IMG/VR virus record: IMGVR_UViG_3300034069_001016
Coordinates: 1-47,968 of that record
Reading direction: 5' to 3' (one strand)
Origin: a virus
DNA length: 47,968 nucleotides
The translations under genes were made by a program, and so were the position numbers. Below are positions 23,963 to 32,751 of this stretch, piece by piece; within the stretch, counting starts at the first letter, position 1; each line of letters starts with the position of its first letter. Below the pieces are notes generated by a model. The model worked only from the letters and a program-made list of their open reading frames with translations. It was not told the DNA's origin and did no database searches.

Positions 23963-25136
23963 CGCGAAACCCGCCCACTCCCCGCTCGGCGCCTCGTCCA
24001 GCGAGCGCTGGCTGGCTTGCCCTGGCTCAATCCGCCTGAGCCAGGGCGTCGAGCAGCTGAAATCCAGTTACGCGGCTGAAGGTACGGCCGCGCACTGGCT
24101 CGCCGAGCAGTGCCTTCGCACCGGCCGGCGGCCCGAGGAATTCCAGGGCTGCGTCATCCCAGCAGACGGGTTTGAATTCACCGTCGACGACGAGATGATC
24201 GACGCCGTCGAGCTCTACGTCGACGAAGTGAAAAAGCGTGTCGCGCCAGGCGATGAGGTCGACTTCGAGGTGAAATTCCATCTCGACGACCTGCACGACG
24301 ATTTCTACGGCACAGCCGATGTCGTGATCTACCACTCAGCGACACGCAAGCTTACGGTCGTCGACTTCAAGTACGGCAAGGGCGTGGCCGTCGAGGCCAT
24401 CAACAACCCGCAGTTGCTGTACTACGGCTACGGGGCCGCCAAAGCGAAGCACAACCGCGGCGTCGGCCAGGTCGATATCATCGTCGTGCAGCCCCGCTGC
24501 CCTCACCCGGACGGCCCGGTGCGCGTCTGGGAAACCGACTTGGTTACCCTCCTCGACCACGCCGGCGAGCTGGTCGATGCGGCGGCGCGCACCGAACAGG
24601 CCGACGCGGCGCTTGTCGCCGGCCACCACTGCAAATTCTGTCCTGCTGCGCACTTCTGCTCAGCCCTGACGGAAGCCGTCTACGAGATCATCGGTGCCGA
24701 CGAGAGCGAATCGGGAGATTTTTACGTGAGCGATCCTACGAAACTCAGCCCGGAGCAGATCACCGAAAAGTTCAAGCGGCGCGACATGGTCAAGTCGTGG
24801 TTGAAGCGCTTCGAAGACTTCGCCCACCACGAGGCCGAATCGGGTCGTGTCCCGCCGGGCCTCAAGCTGGTCTCCGGCCGGCCGACACGCGTGTTCAAGG
24901 ATCCGGCGGCCGCCAAGGCCATGATCCTGATGACGTTCGACGACCTCGCCGAGGAGGACGTCATGACGCCGCCGGAGCTCAAATCTCCGGCCCAGGTGGA
25001 AGCCGTGATCGGCCGCAAGAACAAGAAGTTCATTGCCGATCTCATCGAATCGAAATCTTCGAAGACGGTGCTTGCACCGATCGAGGACCCGCGACCGGCC
25101 GTCGTCAACGAGGCCTCAGCGGAGTTTGCAGCCTGA
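23955..25136 (+). CDS. DUF2800-type PD-(D/E)XK (Cas4/RecB-like) nuclease
   Basis: LGASSSERWLACPGS, AAEGTAAHWLAE, DVVIYH...VVDFKYGKGVAV..NPQLLYYG and a C-terminal Cys cluster HHCKFCPAAHFC. Start taken at GTG 23955. Confidence 0.8.
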   Translation: MADAKPAHSPLGASSSERWLACPGSIRLSQGVEQLKSSYAAEGTAAHWLAEQCLRTGRRPEEFQGCVIPADGFEFTVDDEMIDAVELYVDEVKKRVAPGDEVDFEVKFHLDDLHDDFYGTADVVIYHSATRKLTVVDFKYGKGVAVEAINNPQLLYYGYGAAKAKHNRGVGQVDIIVVQPRCPHPDGPVRVWETDLVTLLDHAGELVDAAARTEQADAALVAGHHCKFCPAAHFCSALTEAVYEIIGADESESGDFYVSDPTKLSPEQITEKFKRRDMVKSWLKRFEDFAHHEAESGRVPPGLKLVSGRPTRVFKDPAAAKAMILMTFDDLAEEDVMTPPELKSPAQVEAVIGRKNKKFIADLIESKSSKTVLAPIEDPRPAVVNEASAEFAA

Positions 25137-25181
25137 CCGTGCTGCGCGCCTTCAAGCGAAACGGTCTGTTTATGGTGCTCT

Positions 25182-25811
25182 ATGCCAGTTACTGCTGTTA
25201 AGACCCAGCCGAATGGGAGCAAGCTGCTCTCCAACGGCAACATTCTCACCCCCGAAGGGCGGTGGTCGTACGCTCATCTGTTCCATGCGCGGCTGCCCAA
25301 GGATGCGCAGCCGAACCAGAAGCCCAAGTACCAGTGCACCCTGCTGTTCAAGCCGGGCGAAGATATCTCCCTGCTCGTCGGCGAGGTGGTGCGGGTCCTC
25401 ACCGAGAAATTCGGCCCGCAGGAAAAGTGGCCGAAGAAGCTCAAGAATCCGATCCTCGACCAGGGCGACTATGATGGTGACGAGTACGTGAAGGGCGCGA
25501 AGATGATTCGTTGCAACTCTCTTCGCAAGCCCGGCGTCGTCGATGCTCGCGCCCAGCAGATCGAGGACGAGAGCATGGTCTACTCCGGCTGCTTCGGCCG
25601 GCTGACGGTGCGCGCTTACTACTACGACACCAACGGCAACAAGGGCGTCGCCTTCGGCCTGCAGAACGCCCAGAAGACCCGCGACGGCGATCCGCTGGCC
25701 GGCGCGCCCAGCGCGGCGTCCGACGAGTTCGAAAGCTTCGGCGACGACCCGATGGGCGGTGCCGGTGGTGAAACGTCGTCAGCGGATCCGCTGGCCGGGA
25801 TGATGGGGTAA
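25182..25811 (+). CDS. DUF2815-type phage ssDNA-binding protein
   Basis: RWSYAHLF, KYQCTLLF, DQGDYDGDEY, PGVVD and VYSGCFGRLTVRAYYYD..GNKGVAFGLQN, with an acidic/Gly tail. It sits between the DUF2800 and polymerase genes, as in known modules. Confidence 0.8.
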   Translation: MPVTAVKTQPNGSKLLSNGNILTPEGRWSYAHLFHARLPKDAQPNQKPKYQCTLLFKPGEDISLLVGEVVRVLTEKFGPQEKWPKKLKNPILDQGDYDGDEYVKGAKMIRCNSLRKPGVVDARAQQIEDESMVYSGCFGRLTVRAYYYDTNGNKGVAFGLQNAQKTRDGDPLAGAPSAASDEFESFGDDPMGGAGGETSSADPLAGMMG

Positions 25812-25816
25812 GCCAC

Positions 25817-26104
25817 ATGACCACTTCCGTTCTTGTCCGCCATGTCCACAACGGCCATGACTTCAGTGAGCAGGTCACTTGCAGCGATCCCGCGCTGAAC
25901 GCTGTCCTGTTCGACTTCAATCCGTCGAGCCATGCCGATGTCACCACGATCAAGGCGCTCCATGCGGCCTTGATTCAGAAGATGCGAGACATCCAGGCTC
26001 GAGAGGGCGCCACGGGAGCGCAGAAGAGAGCAGCCGCCATCGCAATAACGGAACTCGAAGGCACGCAGATGCGCGCCGTCAAAGCTCTGTTCGCCAAGGA
26101 GTAA
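25817..26104 (+). CDS. Hypothetical protein (95 aa)
   Basis: Compact ORF 5 nt after the SSB stop. Helical, ending in ELEGTQMRAVKALFA. Confidence 0.6.
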   Translation: MTTSVLVRHVHNGHDFSEQVTCSDPALNAVLFDFNPSSHADVTTIKALHAALIQKMRDIQAREGATGAQKRAAAIAITELEGTQMRAVKALFAKE

Positions 26105-26111
26105 TCACAAC

Positions 26112-26480
26112 ATGTCACATCTTCAGCACCCCCACGTCTACGCCGGCGGCGTCAACGCTGGCGCCGCAATGCTCGACGAGCGCGATCGGAATGCCGCCAA
26201 GACGATCGGCCCGGCGCCTGAGCCGAGTCTCCTCGGCGCCGTGGTGAATGAGGTCGCGAGCCTCACGAACCTCGCCTACATCCTTCGGGATCGCAGCGAA
26301 GGCCAGCGGCGGCGCCTCTTAGGCGACATTCCGCCGTCTCCGGAGGAGGGAGTTGGCGCCCTGACCGCTGCGAATCGAACCTCGGTGTCGTTCGTCGACA
26401 TCGCCGAGGCTCTGCAGCGCCTTCGCGCCGTGATGAGCGACATCGACGCTCATACGGCCGCTCTCGTGAAGATCGGCTGA
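26112..26480 (+). CDS. Hypothetical protein (122 aa)
   Basis: ORF tightly packed between neighbours. Its stop overlaps the gapR-like start. Confidence 0.55.
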   Translation: MSHLQHPHVYAGGVNAGAAMLDERDRNAAKTIGPAPEPSLLGAVVNEVASLTNLAYILRDRSEGQRRRLLGDIPPSPEEGVGALTAANRTSVSFVDIAEALQRLRAVMSDIDAHTAALVKIG

Positions 26481-26758
26481 TGGCGGGTATCGGCCACAAC
26501 AGCGGTGCGAAGGTGCAGGCCGGTCCGATCAGTGCAGACCGGTTGAAATCCTTCGTCGATCGTATCGAGAAGCTCGAGGAAGAGCGCTCCGCTATCGGCG
26601 GCGACATCAAGGACATCTACAGCGAAGCGAAGGGCGTCGGCTACGACGTCAAGACCATTCGCAAGATCGTCCAGCTCCGCAAGAAGGATGCCGCCGATCG
26701 CGCCGAGGAACAGACCTTGCTCGAGGTCTACCTCAACGCCTTGGGCATGCTGTCCTGA
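26480..26758 (+). CDS. gapR: GapR-like (DUF2312) nucleoid-associated DNA-binding protein
   Basis: LKSFVDRIEKLEEERSAIGGDIKDIYSEAKGVGYDVKTIRKIVQLRKKD...LLEVYLNALGM is the DUF2312 signature. Confidence 0.85.
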   Translation: MAGIGHNSGAKVQAGPISADRLKSFVDRIEKLEEERSAIGGDIKDIYSEAKGVGYDVKTIRKIVQLRKKDAADRAEEQTLLEVYLNALGMLS

Positions 26759-26813
26759 TCGCAATGCAGGGACGGTTCCTCTGGAGCCGTTCCTGCTTCT
26801 CCCCTGGAAATCC

Positions 26814-27038
26814 ATGAAAGAGACTCTGACAGTGACGGCGCTTCGCCAGGCACACAGGCGCGGCATGTCCCGCCCCGGCTTGGAGCGGATCGCCGGCGGC
26901 GCGCACCACCTGCACTACCTCGACAAGAAGTATCACATCACCCGCCCTGCTGCGCCGCCACCCGAGCGCAGCTTCAACAGCGTCGAGGACTACCTGGAGT
27001 TTCACCGCGACGGGCAGATCAACATGGCGGGGCGGTGA
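26814..27038 (+). CDS. Hypothetical protein (74 aa)
   Basis: Starts at internal ATG 26814. Its stop overlaps the next start (GTGA). Confidence 0.45.
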   Translation: MKETLTVTALRQAHRRGMSRPGLERIAGGAHHLHYLDKKYHITRPAAPPPERSFNSVEDYLEFHRDGQINMAGR

Positions 27039-27232
27039 TGCCAGCTCCGGCGATCACCGGCTGCGCCTCAGCGGCGAACTTCGCTATGGCGTGGCTGACG
27101 CTCGACGCCAAGGGCGAAGACCTGGCGGCGCGATTCGGCGTCACGCGCGCGTCGGCCACCCGCATCGCCAACAAGCTCGGATTGCCGCCACGGCGGCGCG
27201 GCCCGAAGCCGCAACACAGGAAAAGAGTATGA
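27035..27232 (+). CDS. Small HTH protein (65 aa)
   Basis: GEDLAARFGVTRASATRIANKLGL looks like an HTH, followed by a basic tail. The gene is coupled at both ends. Confidence 0.55.
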   Translation: MMPAPAITGCASAANFAMAWLTLDAKGEDLAARFGVTRASATRIANKLGLPPRRRGPKPQHRKRV

Positions 27233-27747
27233 AGCCTTCCGTGTATCTCGCCGGGCCGATCGCCCACCTCTCTGGCTCGGAATCGCGCACCTGGCGCAAA
27301 GCCGTCAGCGAGCAGCTGCGGCCGATCAAGTGCTATTCGCCGATGCGTGACACGCATATGCTGGGTGACGACGAAATCGTGACGGCCGTCGGGTATTCGC
27401 TACCCATCGTGTCGAACCGGGGCATCCTGGCGCGAGATCGGTTCGACGTACAACGCTGCGACGTTATTTTCGTCAATCTGCTCGGTGCGCAGCGAATTTC
27501 AATCGGCACCTGCATCGAGATCGGATGGGGCCACCTTCTGCAGAAGCCCGTGGTGGCCGTCATGGAGCCGGGCAACATTCACGAGCACGCCATGGTGCTT
27601 GAGGCCATCGACTACCGCGTCAACACCCTCGACCATGCGTGCGACATCGTTCGCAGCCTTCTCGACGTCCAGACCGATCCGCCGGCTATCCCCGTCGAGA
27701 CGGTGCCGCGGCGCGCCAGCTCAATCGGCAAGGTCGAGCTCCTCTGA
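27229..27747 (+). CDS. Nucleoside 2-deoxyribosyltransferase-like protein
   Basis: ATGA overlap at 27229. VYLAGPI at the N-terminus and SIGTCIEIGWGHLLQKPVV (a DxGTxxExG-like motif). Confidence 0.65.
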   Translation: MKPSVYLAGPIAHLSGSESRTWRKAVSEQLRPIKCYSPMRDTHMLGDDEIVTAVGYSLPIVSNRGILARDRFDVQRCDVIFVNLLGAQRISIGTCIEIGWGHLLQKPVVAVMEPGNIHEHAMVLEAIDYRVNTLDHACDIVRSLLDVQTDPPAIPVETVPRRASSIGKVELL

Positions 27748-27748
27748 C

Positions 27749-30019
27749 GTGTCGGGCACCAGCCAACATACGTGGGACCAGATCAACCGCCGCAAACGGG
27801 AAGCGCTGATGCGCAAGGTCGCGAAGGTCCACATAGACTTCGAGACGCGCAGCACCGTCGACTTGCCGGAGACCGGCGTCTACGTTTACGCGCAGCATCC
27901 CACGACCGATGCCTGGTGCCTGGCCTACGCCCTGGACGACGATCACCCGAAGGTCTGGACGCCGGGGCAGCCCTTCCCCGACGACCTGCGGGCGGCGCTC
28001 GCCCAAGGCGCCGAGGTGCACGCCCACAACGCCAATTTCGAATGGGTCATTTGGAATGTGATCATGGTGCCTCGATACCGGTGGCCGAAGCTGCCGCTCG
28101 AGCAGTGCAGGTGCACCATGGCCATGGCCTACGCCATGGCGCTGCCCGGCTCGCTCGACAAAGCCGCATCAGCCCTTGGCCTGAAATCCCAGAAGGACAT
28201 GTCAGGCCACCGTCTGATGCTCCAGATGGCCCGGCCGAGGAAGATCGAGCCCGACGGTACGATCGTGTGGTGGGACGACGCCGACCGTCGGAATCGCCTC
28301 TACGCCTACTGCCAGCAGGATCTGGAGACTGAGCGCGAGCTCGGGAAGCGTATTCGCCCCCTCTCCCCAGCCGAGCAGGCCGTTTGGGTGCTCGACCAGA
28401 AGATCAATGCGCGCGGCGTCGGCGTCGACGAAGCCCTGTGCCGGAAGGCGCTGAAGATCGTGTATGCGGCCACGGCCGACCTCGACGACAGGATGCGCAA
28501 GACGACCGAGAACACGGTCAAGGCTACATCGAACGTCATACAGCTCAGGAACTGGATCAAATCCCGCGGCGTCACGATCCCGACCGTCATGGTGAAGGGC
28601 GAGAAGAAGGAATCCCTCGCCAAAGAGGCTCTGGCCGACCTGCTGGCCGAGGTCGAGCTGCCCGACGACGTTCGGATCGCCCTGGAGCTGCGCCGCGAAG
28701 CGGCCAAGACCTCGACGGCCAAAATTGAGACGCTGCTGACCGGCCTGTCGAAGGACGGTCGCGCCCGCGGCCTCCTGCAGTACCACGCCGCCTCGACCGG
28801 CCGCTGGGCAGGCCGGCGATTCCAGCCGCAGAACCTTCCGCGTCCCAAGCTCAAGAAAGCCGAGATCCCCACCGCGCTGGAGGCCCTGAATACCGGCTCG
28901 TACGAGGCCGTGGCCATGGCCTTCGACGAACCCTTGTCTGTGGTCTCCGACTGCATCAGGAGCCTCCTGAAGGCCGCCCCGGACCGGGATCTTATCGCCG
29001 GCGACTTCTCCAACATCGAGGGACGCGTGATCGCCTGGCTGGCCGGCGAGGAACGGAAGCTGAAGGTGTTCCGGGACGCCGACGCGGGCGTTGGGCCGGA
29101 TTCCTACAAGGCGGTCGCCGCCGGCATCTTCGGTATCAAGCCGAGCGACATCGACGACGAAGACCCTAAGCGGCAAGTGGGTAAGGTAGGTGACCTGAGT
29201 CTCGGGTTCGCCGGCGGCGTCGGGGCCTTCCTCAAGATGGCCGTCAACTACGGCATGAAGATCGAGAAGTACTACGACGTCATCGTCGGGGCGGCCGATC
29301 CCATGTACGTCGCCCAAGCTAAGGAGAATTTCGCCAAGGCGCGCCGCAAACCGGCCCTGCGGGCCTTCCTGCCGGCGGAGATCGTCAAGCTGGCCTGGCG
29401 CGATGACCACCCCATGATCGTGTCCTTCTGGGCCAAGTGCGAGGTCGCAGTGATTGCGGCGATCGAGCAGCCCGGCACCGTTCAGCGCGTCGGGCATCTC
29501 CGGTGGCGCGTCAGCGGGTCGTTCCTGTGGTGCCAGCTGCCGAGCGGCCGGCTGCTCTGCTACCCCTACCCGCGCCTCAAGAAGCAAGTTTGGGTGACGT
29601 TCAAGGACGGCACCAGCGTTTGCATCCTCGAGGAGGAAGCCCAGGAACTCGGGTACCTGGACGCCAACGCGAAGGAAAAGCACGGCGTCGAAAAGGTCGA
29701 GGCGACCAAGCCGAAGATCTTTTACAGGGGTGTCGACAGTTTCACAAAGCGGTGGGGAGAAATCGCGCTCTACGGCGGGATGATCGCCCAGCACTGCACC
29801 CAGAGCACGGCCCGCGATCGCATGGTCTTCGCCATGAACCTGGTCGAGCCGGCCGGCTACCCCCTGATCATCACTATCCACGACGAGCTGCTGGCCGAGC
29901 CGCTTAAGACTCATGGATCGTGGGAGGAGTTCAAGGCGCTCATGGAGCGCAACCCCGGTTGGTTCGCCGGCTGCCCCGTCAAGGTGAGCGGCTGGCGCGG
30001 AGAGCGTTACCGAAAATAG
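27749..30019 (+). CDS. Family A DNA polymerase with 3'-5' exonuclease domain
   Basis: Exonuclease motifs HIDFETRS, HNANFEWVIW and YCQQDLE. Polymerase motif A LIAGDFSNIEGRV, motif B RQVGKVGDLSLGFAGG and motif C ITIHDELL. Start is GTG 27749 or ATG 27809. Confidence 0.9.
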   Translation: MSGTSQHTWDQINRRKREALMRKVAKVHIDFETRSTVDLPETGVYVYAQHPTTDAWCLAYALDDDHPKVWTPGQPFPDDLRAALAQGAEVHAHNANFEWVIWNVIMVPRYRWPKLPLEQCRCTMAMAYAMALPGSLDKAASALGLKSQKDMSGHRLMLQMARPRKIEPDGTIVWWDDADRRNRLYAYCQQDLETERELGKRIRPLSPAEQAVWVLDQKINARGVGVDEALCRKALKIVYAATADLDDRMRKTTENTVKATSNVIQLRNWIKSRGVTIPTVMVKGEKKESLAKEALADLLAEVELPDDVRIALELRREAAKTSTAKIETLLTGLSKDGRARGLLQYHAASTGRWAGRRFQPQNLPRPKLKKAEIPTALEALNTGSYEAVAMAFDEPLSVVSDCIRSLLKAAPDRDLIAGDFSNIEGRVIAWLAGEERKLKVFRDADAGVGPDSYKAVAAGIFGIKPSDIDDEDPKRQVGKVGDLSLGFAGGVGAFLKMAVNYGMKIEKYYDVIVGAADPMYVAQAKENFAKARRKPALRAFLPAEIVKLAWRDDHPMIVSFWAKCEVAVIAAIEQPGTVQRVGHLRWRVSGSFLWCQLPSGRLLCYPYPRLKKQVWVTFKDGTSVCILEEEAQELGYLDANAKEKHGVEKVEATKPKIFYRGVDSFTKRWGEIALYGGMIAQHCTQSTARDRMVFAMNLVEPAGYPLIITIHDELLAEPLKTHGSWEEFKALMERNPGWFAGCPVKVSGWRGERYRK

Positions 30020-30029
30020 GGAGGCAGCG

Positions 30030-30419
30030 ATGCGAGAGAGGGCAAGCCCGGCACCAACCGTCGCCGAGGAGGCGATGGCGGATTTCCAGCGGGGGCTGGA
30101 AAAGATGTCGCAGCGTGCTATGGCGCTGGGTATGTCTGATCCCACTCTCGACGAGATCACCGACTTCCAACGCGCCGCCTTCGGTCAGGCCGTGCGCTTC
30201 GAGATCGACGTGTGTCAGCCCCTTCCCGTCCTCAAGCGTGAGTTGAATTCCATTCGCGCTGAGCTGACCAACTGTCTCGTGATGCTGGAACAGAACGCGA
30301 GCGGCAATACGCGCCGCCGCATGGTACACTCTGCCCTGTCGATGATGAGAATCGGCCTTAAACACGAGCGCCGCGAAAGAAAGCTGCGGGAACGCGGTCA
30401 GCCGATTCAGACGGAGTAG
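30030..30419 (+). CDS. Hypothetical protein (129 aa)
   Basis: GGGAGG lies 6 nt upstream of ATG 30030. Last gene of the rightward operon. Confidence 0.6.
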   Translation: MRERASPAPTVAEEAMADFQRGLEKMSQRAMALGMSDPTLDEITDFQRAAFGQAVRFEIDVCQPLPVLKRELNSIRAELTNCLVMLEQNASGNTRRRMVHSALSMMRIGLKHERRERKLRERGQPIQTE

Positions 30420-30617
30420 TCAAGCCACACAATGTTGCGTGTGCACAACTATTAGTCGATTTATATATTATACGATCATAATAATATTTCAAAAAGGGCA
30501 TTAGACAGGTCTACCAGATGGTTAGCGCAATTTCCTAATCCAGAGACCAGACTCCAAACCTGTGGATGTGCCCTTTGTGTTCCCCACCACATCTTGTTGT
30601 GGAAAGAATCTAACCGG
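30420..30617. other. AT-rich, highly structured non-coding region; candidate attP and/or terminator or small RNA
   Basis: AT-rich core at 30451-30492. Nested stems AAAGGGCA (30493-30500)/TGCCCTTT (30569-30576) and ACAGGT (30505-30510)/ACCTGT (30558-30563), plus the hairpin CCACCACATCTTGTTGTGG. The region lies about 0.6 kb from the integrase gene. Confidence 0.4.
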
Positions 30618-30875
30618 CTATCCAGCGTCGCGCCGCGGGCCAGTGTTGTAGGGCGCCAAGACCATACCGACGCGCGAGCCGCACACCTTGCACACGATGC
30701 GGTCGGCCACTTCTTTGGTTTTGGCGTCTGGGCCGTATCGAACGATTAAATCGTCGATTGAGATTGTGATGTCGCGAGGCGGCGTGCACCGACCGCAGAT
30801 CCCGCCGAGATACAGGCCGGCGGCTTTGGAGTTGGCGAGGGACGGCCAGTCCTCTCGGGGTGGCAAGCGGGACAT
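30618..30875 (-). CDS. Small Zn-ribbon-like protein (85 aa)
   Basis: Starts at internal ATG 30875. Contains CGRC...CKVCG pairs. Confidence 0.45.
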   Translation of the reverse strand: MSRLPPREDWPSLANSKAAGLYLGGICGRCTPPRDITISIDDLIVRYGPDAKTKEVADRIVCKVCGSRVGMVLAPYNTGPRRDAG

Positions 30876-30962
30876 CCCACGAGAGATAGGCGCCGCGGCC
30901 CGAAGCACGCAGCCTGAAAATAGGGGATGACAGCCCTTCCCTCCCATCGTACACGGCGGCCC

Positions 30963-31217
30963 ATGCGCGCGATCGTCGCCCTCATCCTGCTCGGCAGTCT
31001 GGCAGCCTGTGCCCAAGGCATGCCGGCGCATGGCTACAAGAACGTGAGCGGCCAGCAGCGCACGCAGGCGGATCTCGATCAGGCGACGGCCGAATGCGAC
31101 TACGAGCAGCAGAAGATGCTGGCGCTCGCCGGCCCCCTGGCCGCCGGGCCGAATCTCCGGGAGAGTTGCATGCGCTCGAAGGGCTGGCTGCTCGTCGAGC
31201 GGCAGATGATCAGGTAG
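30963..31217 (+). CDS. Lipoprotein (84 aa)
   Basis: MRAIVALILLGSLAACAQ is a signal peptide with the lipobox L-A-A-C. Confidence 0.65.
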   Translation: MRAIVALILLGSLAACAQGMPAHGYKNVSGQQRTQADLDQATAECDYEQQKMLALAGPLAAGPNLRESCMRSKGWLLVERQMIR

Positions 31218-31241
31218 GTCGTCCTAAATGTGAGCGGTAGC

Positions 31242-32042
31242 TCACTTTCCTGCCCCCTCGAGACGCTTCCCAAGCGCACCAACGCAGTGGTGGCCGTAGA
31301 CCTTCTCGACCGTGTCGACGGTGTCGCCCAGCAGCTGCGCCACGTCCCATATGGCCACGCCAGCCTGCAGCAGGTGCGACGCTCGCGTGTGCCGCAGCGT
31401 GTGGGGCGTGACGTCGTCGCCCAGTCCAGCCCGCTTTACCGCCCGGCCGAACGGCCCGAGGAGGCAGCCGGTGTGCTCCAGGACGTAAGGTGAGTTCGTC
31501 ATGGCAAAGGCGAGCTCCAGGGCCGGCCGAAGCTCTGAGTGGATCGGGACCGTCGGCCGGCGCTTCTTCGTCTTCACCTCGCCAGGCTTGGCCAGGTGGA
31601 TGACACCGACCTGAAAGTCGACCTGGTAGGCCCATTCCAGGGTCTCCACGGCGCGCCGACGGGAGGCTGTGTAATAGGCCGTCTCGATGAACAGGGCGAC
31701 GCGCGCGTCACCGCTAGCGGCTTTGCGCAGGCGCGCCAGCTCGTCGTGCGTCAGCCACCGCTCTCGCGGTTGGGACGGCTCCGGCAGGGTGATCTTGTAG
31801 ACGTTGAAGTCGAAGCGCTCGCGGCGCACGCCGTGCTTCAGCGCTGACACCAGCACGCCGAGCTCGCGGCGCACCGTCGGGTCAGACGCTGGCCGGCGCG
31901 CGTCGAGGTATTCGTCGCACGCCGTGGCGCCGAGGTCGACGATCGGGGTTTCCCCGAGTTCGCGGCGAAGGTGGTCGATCGCAATGTCTGTGCGACGGCG
32001 ATCGACCACGCGCGGTTCCGTGCGCCCATTTCGGACGATCAC
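31242..32042 (-). CDS. int: Tyrosine recombinase / phage integrase
   Basis: ETAYYTASRRRAV (catalytic R), HTLRHTRASHLL (HxxR) and VEKVYGHH (catalytic Y). The N-terminal boundary is uncertain (see findings). Confidence 0.9.
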   Translation of the reverse strand: MIVRNGRTEPRVVDRRRTDIAIDHLRRELGETPIVDLGATACDEYLDARRPASDPTVRRELGVLVSALKHGVRRERFDFNVYKITLPEPSQPRERWLTHDELARLRKAASGDARVALFIETAYYTASRRRAVETLEWAYQVDFQVGVIHLAKPGEVKTKKRRPTVPIHSELRPALELAFAMTNSPYVLEHTGCLLGPFGRAVKRAGLGDDVTPHTLRHTRASHLLQAGVAIWDVAQLLGDTVDTVEKVYGHHCVGALGKRLEGAGK

Positions 32043-32092
32043 GCTGTAGACGTGTTCGGTCCGATAGGCGTCGAGGACGTCGTTGACGAGGA

Positions 32093-32425
32093 CTATTCGA
32101 GCATCAGCGCGAGCAACTTGGCGTCGCGCTCTCTGCCCTCTTTGTCCTTGAGCTTGATGTTGCCGAGTTCGATCATCGTCGGTGTTCCCGTCGATGGTCG
32201 TTCCGTTGACGGCGCGGTCGGTGTCGGCGCTGTCCCGAAGTGCTGAGATTTGAACGCCTCCAACTGCGCGCGGGTATACCGGGAGTGACCTCCCTTCCCG
32301 CTGCCAACCGTGCGCTTCGCGGGCTTCAGAACCCCACGAGCGGCGTATTGGCGCAACGTCGCGGGCTGCACCCCAAGTATCCTCGCAGCTTCACGCGGCG
32401 TCAGAAGTTCCTCTTGCTCTGCCAT
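32093..32425 (-). CDS. xis: Excisionase-type (MerR-like) HTH protein
   Basis: LLTPREAARILGVQPATLRQYAARG is the excisionase-family HTH. The gene is directly upstream of int on the same strand. Confidence 0.7.
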   Translation of the reverse strand: MAEQEELLTPREAARILGVQPATLRQYAARGVLKPAKRTVGSGKGGHSRYTRAQLEAFKSQHFGTAPTPTAPSTERPSTGTPTMIELGNIKLKDKEGRERDAKLLALMLE

Positions 32426-32493
32426 GCAATATTAAATGAACCGTGACACCGAAAACGTCAATGGAATAAAGCTAAATCGCACATTCAGTGCGG

Positions 32494-32751
32494 TCACTTG
32501 CCTTTTTCCAAACACGATTTGTCGAACTCGATATTATGCGCCACGACCTGATCGGCGTAGCTCTCCATCACATCCCAGTTCGATTTGAAAACCTCGATCT
32601 GCGCATCGTTGGCACTGATGTGGCGAAAGCGATCGCACGATGTGTCGACGACCGTTACGGGCGCTCGGTCGTCAGCGCAACCGCTCAAGCTTATCGACAG
32701 GAGCCATACGGCGCACAGCACCGTCAGTAGTGGCACGGTTTTTGCGCGCAT
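32494..32751 (-). CDS. o-spanin (outer-membrane lipoprotein)
   Basis: Signal peptide with lipobox LSGC (LLSISLSGCADD). Its start is embedded out of frame in the 3' end of the i-spanin gene, the overlapped Rz/Rz1 arrangement. Confidence 0.65.
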   Translation of the reverse strand: MRAKTVPLLTVLCAVWLLSISLSGCADDRAPVTVVDTSCDRFRHISANDAQIEVFKSNWDVMESYADQVVAHNIEFDKSCLEKGK

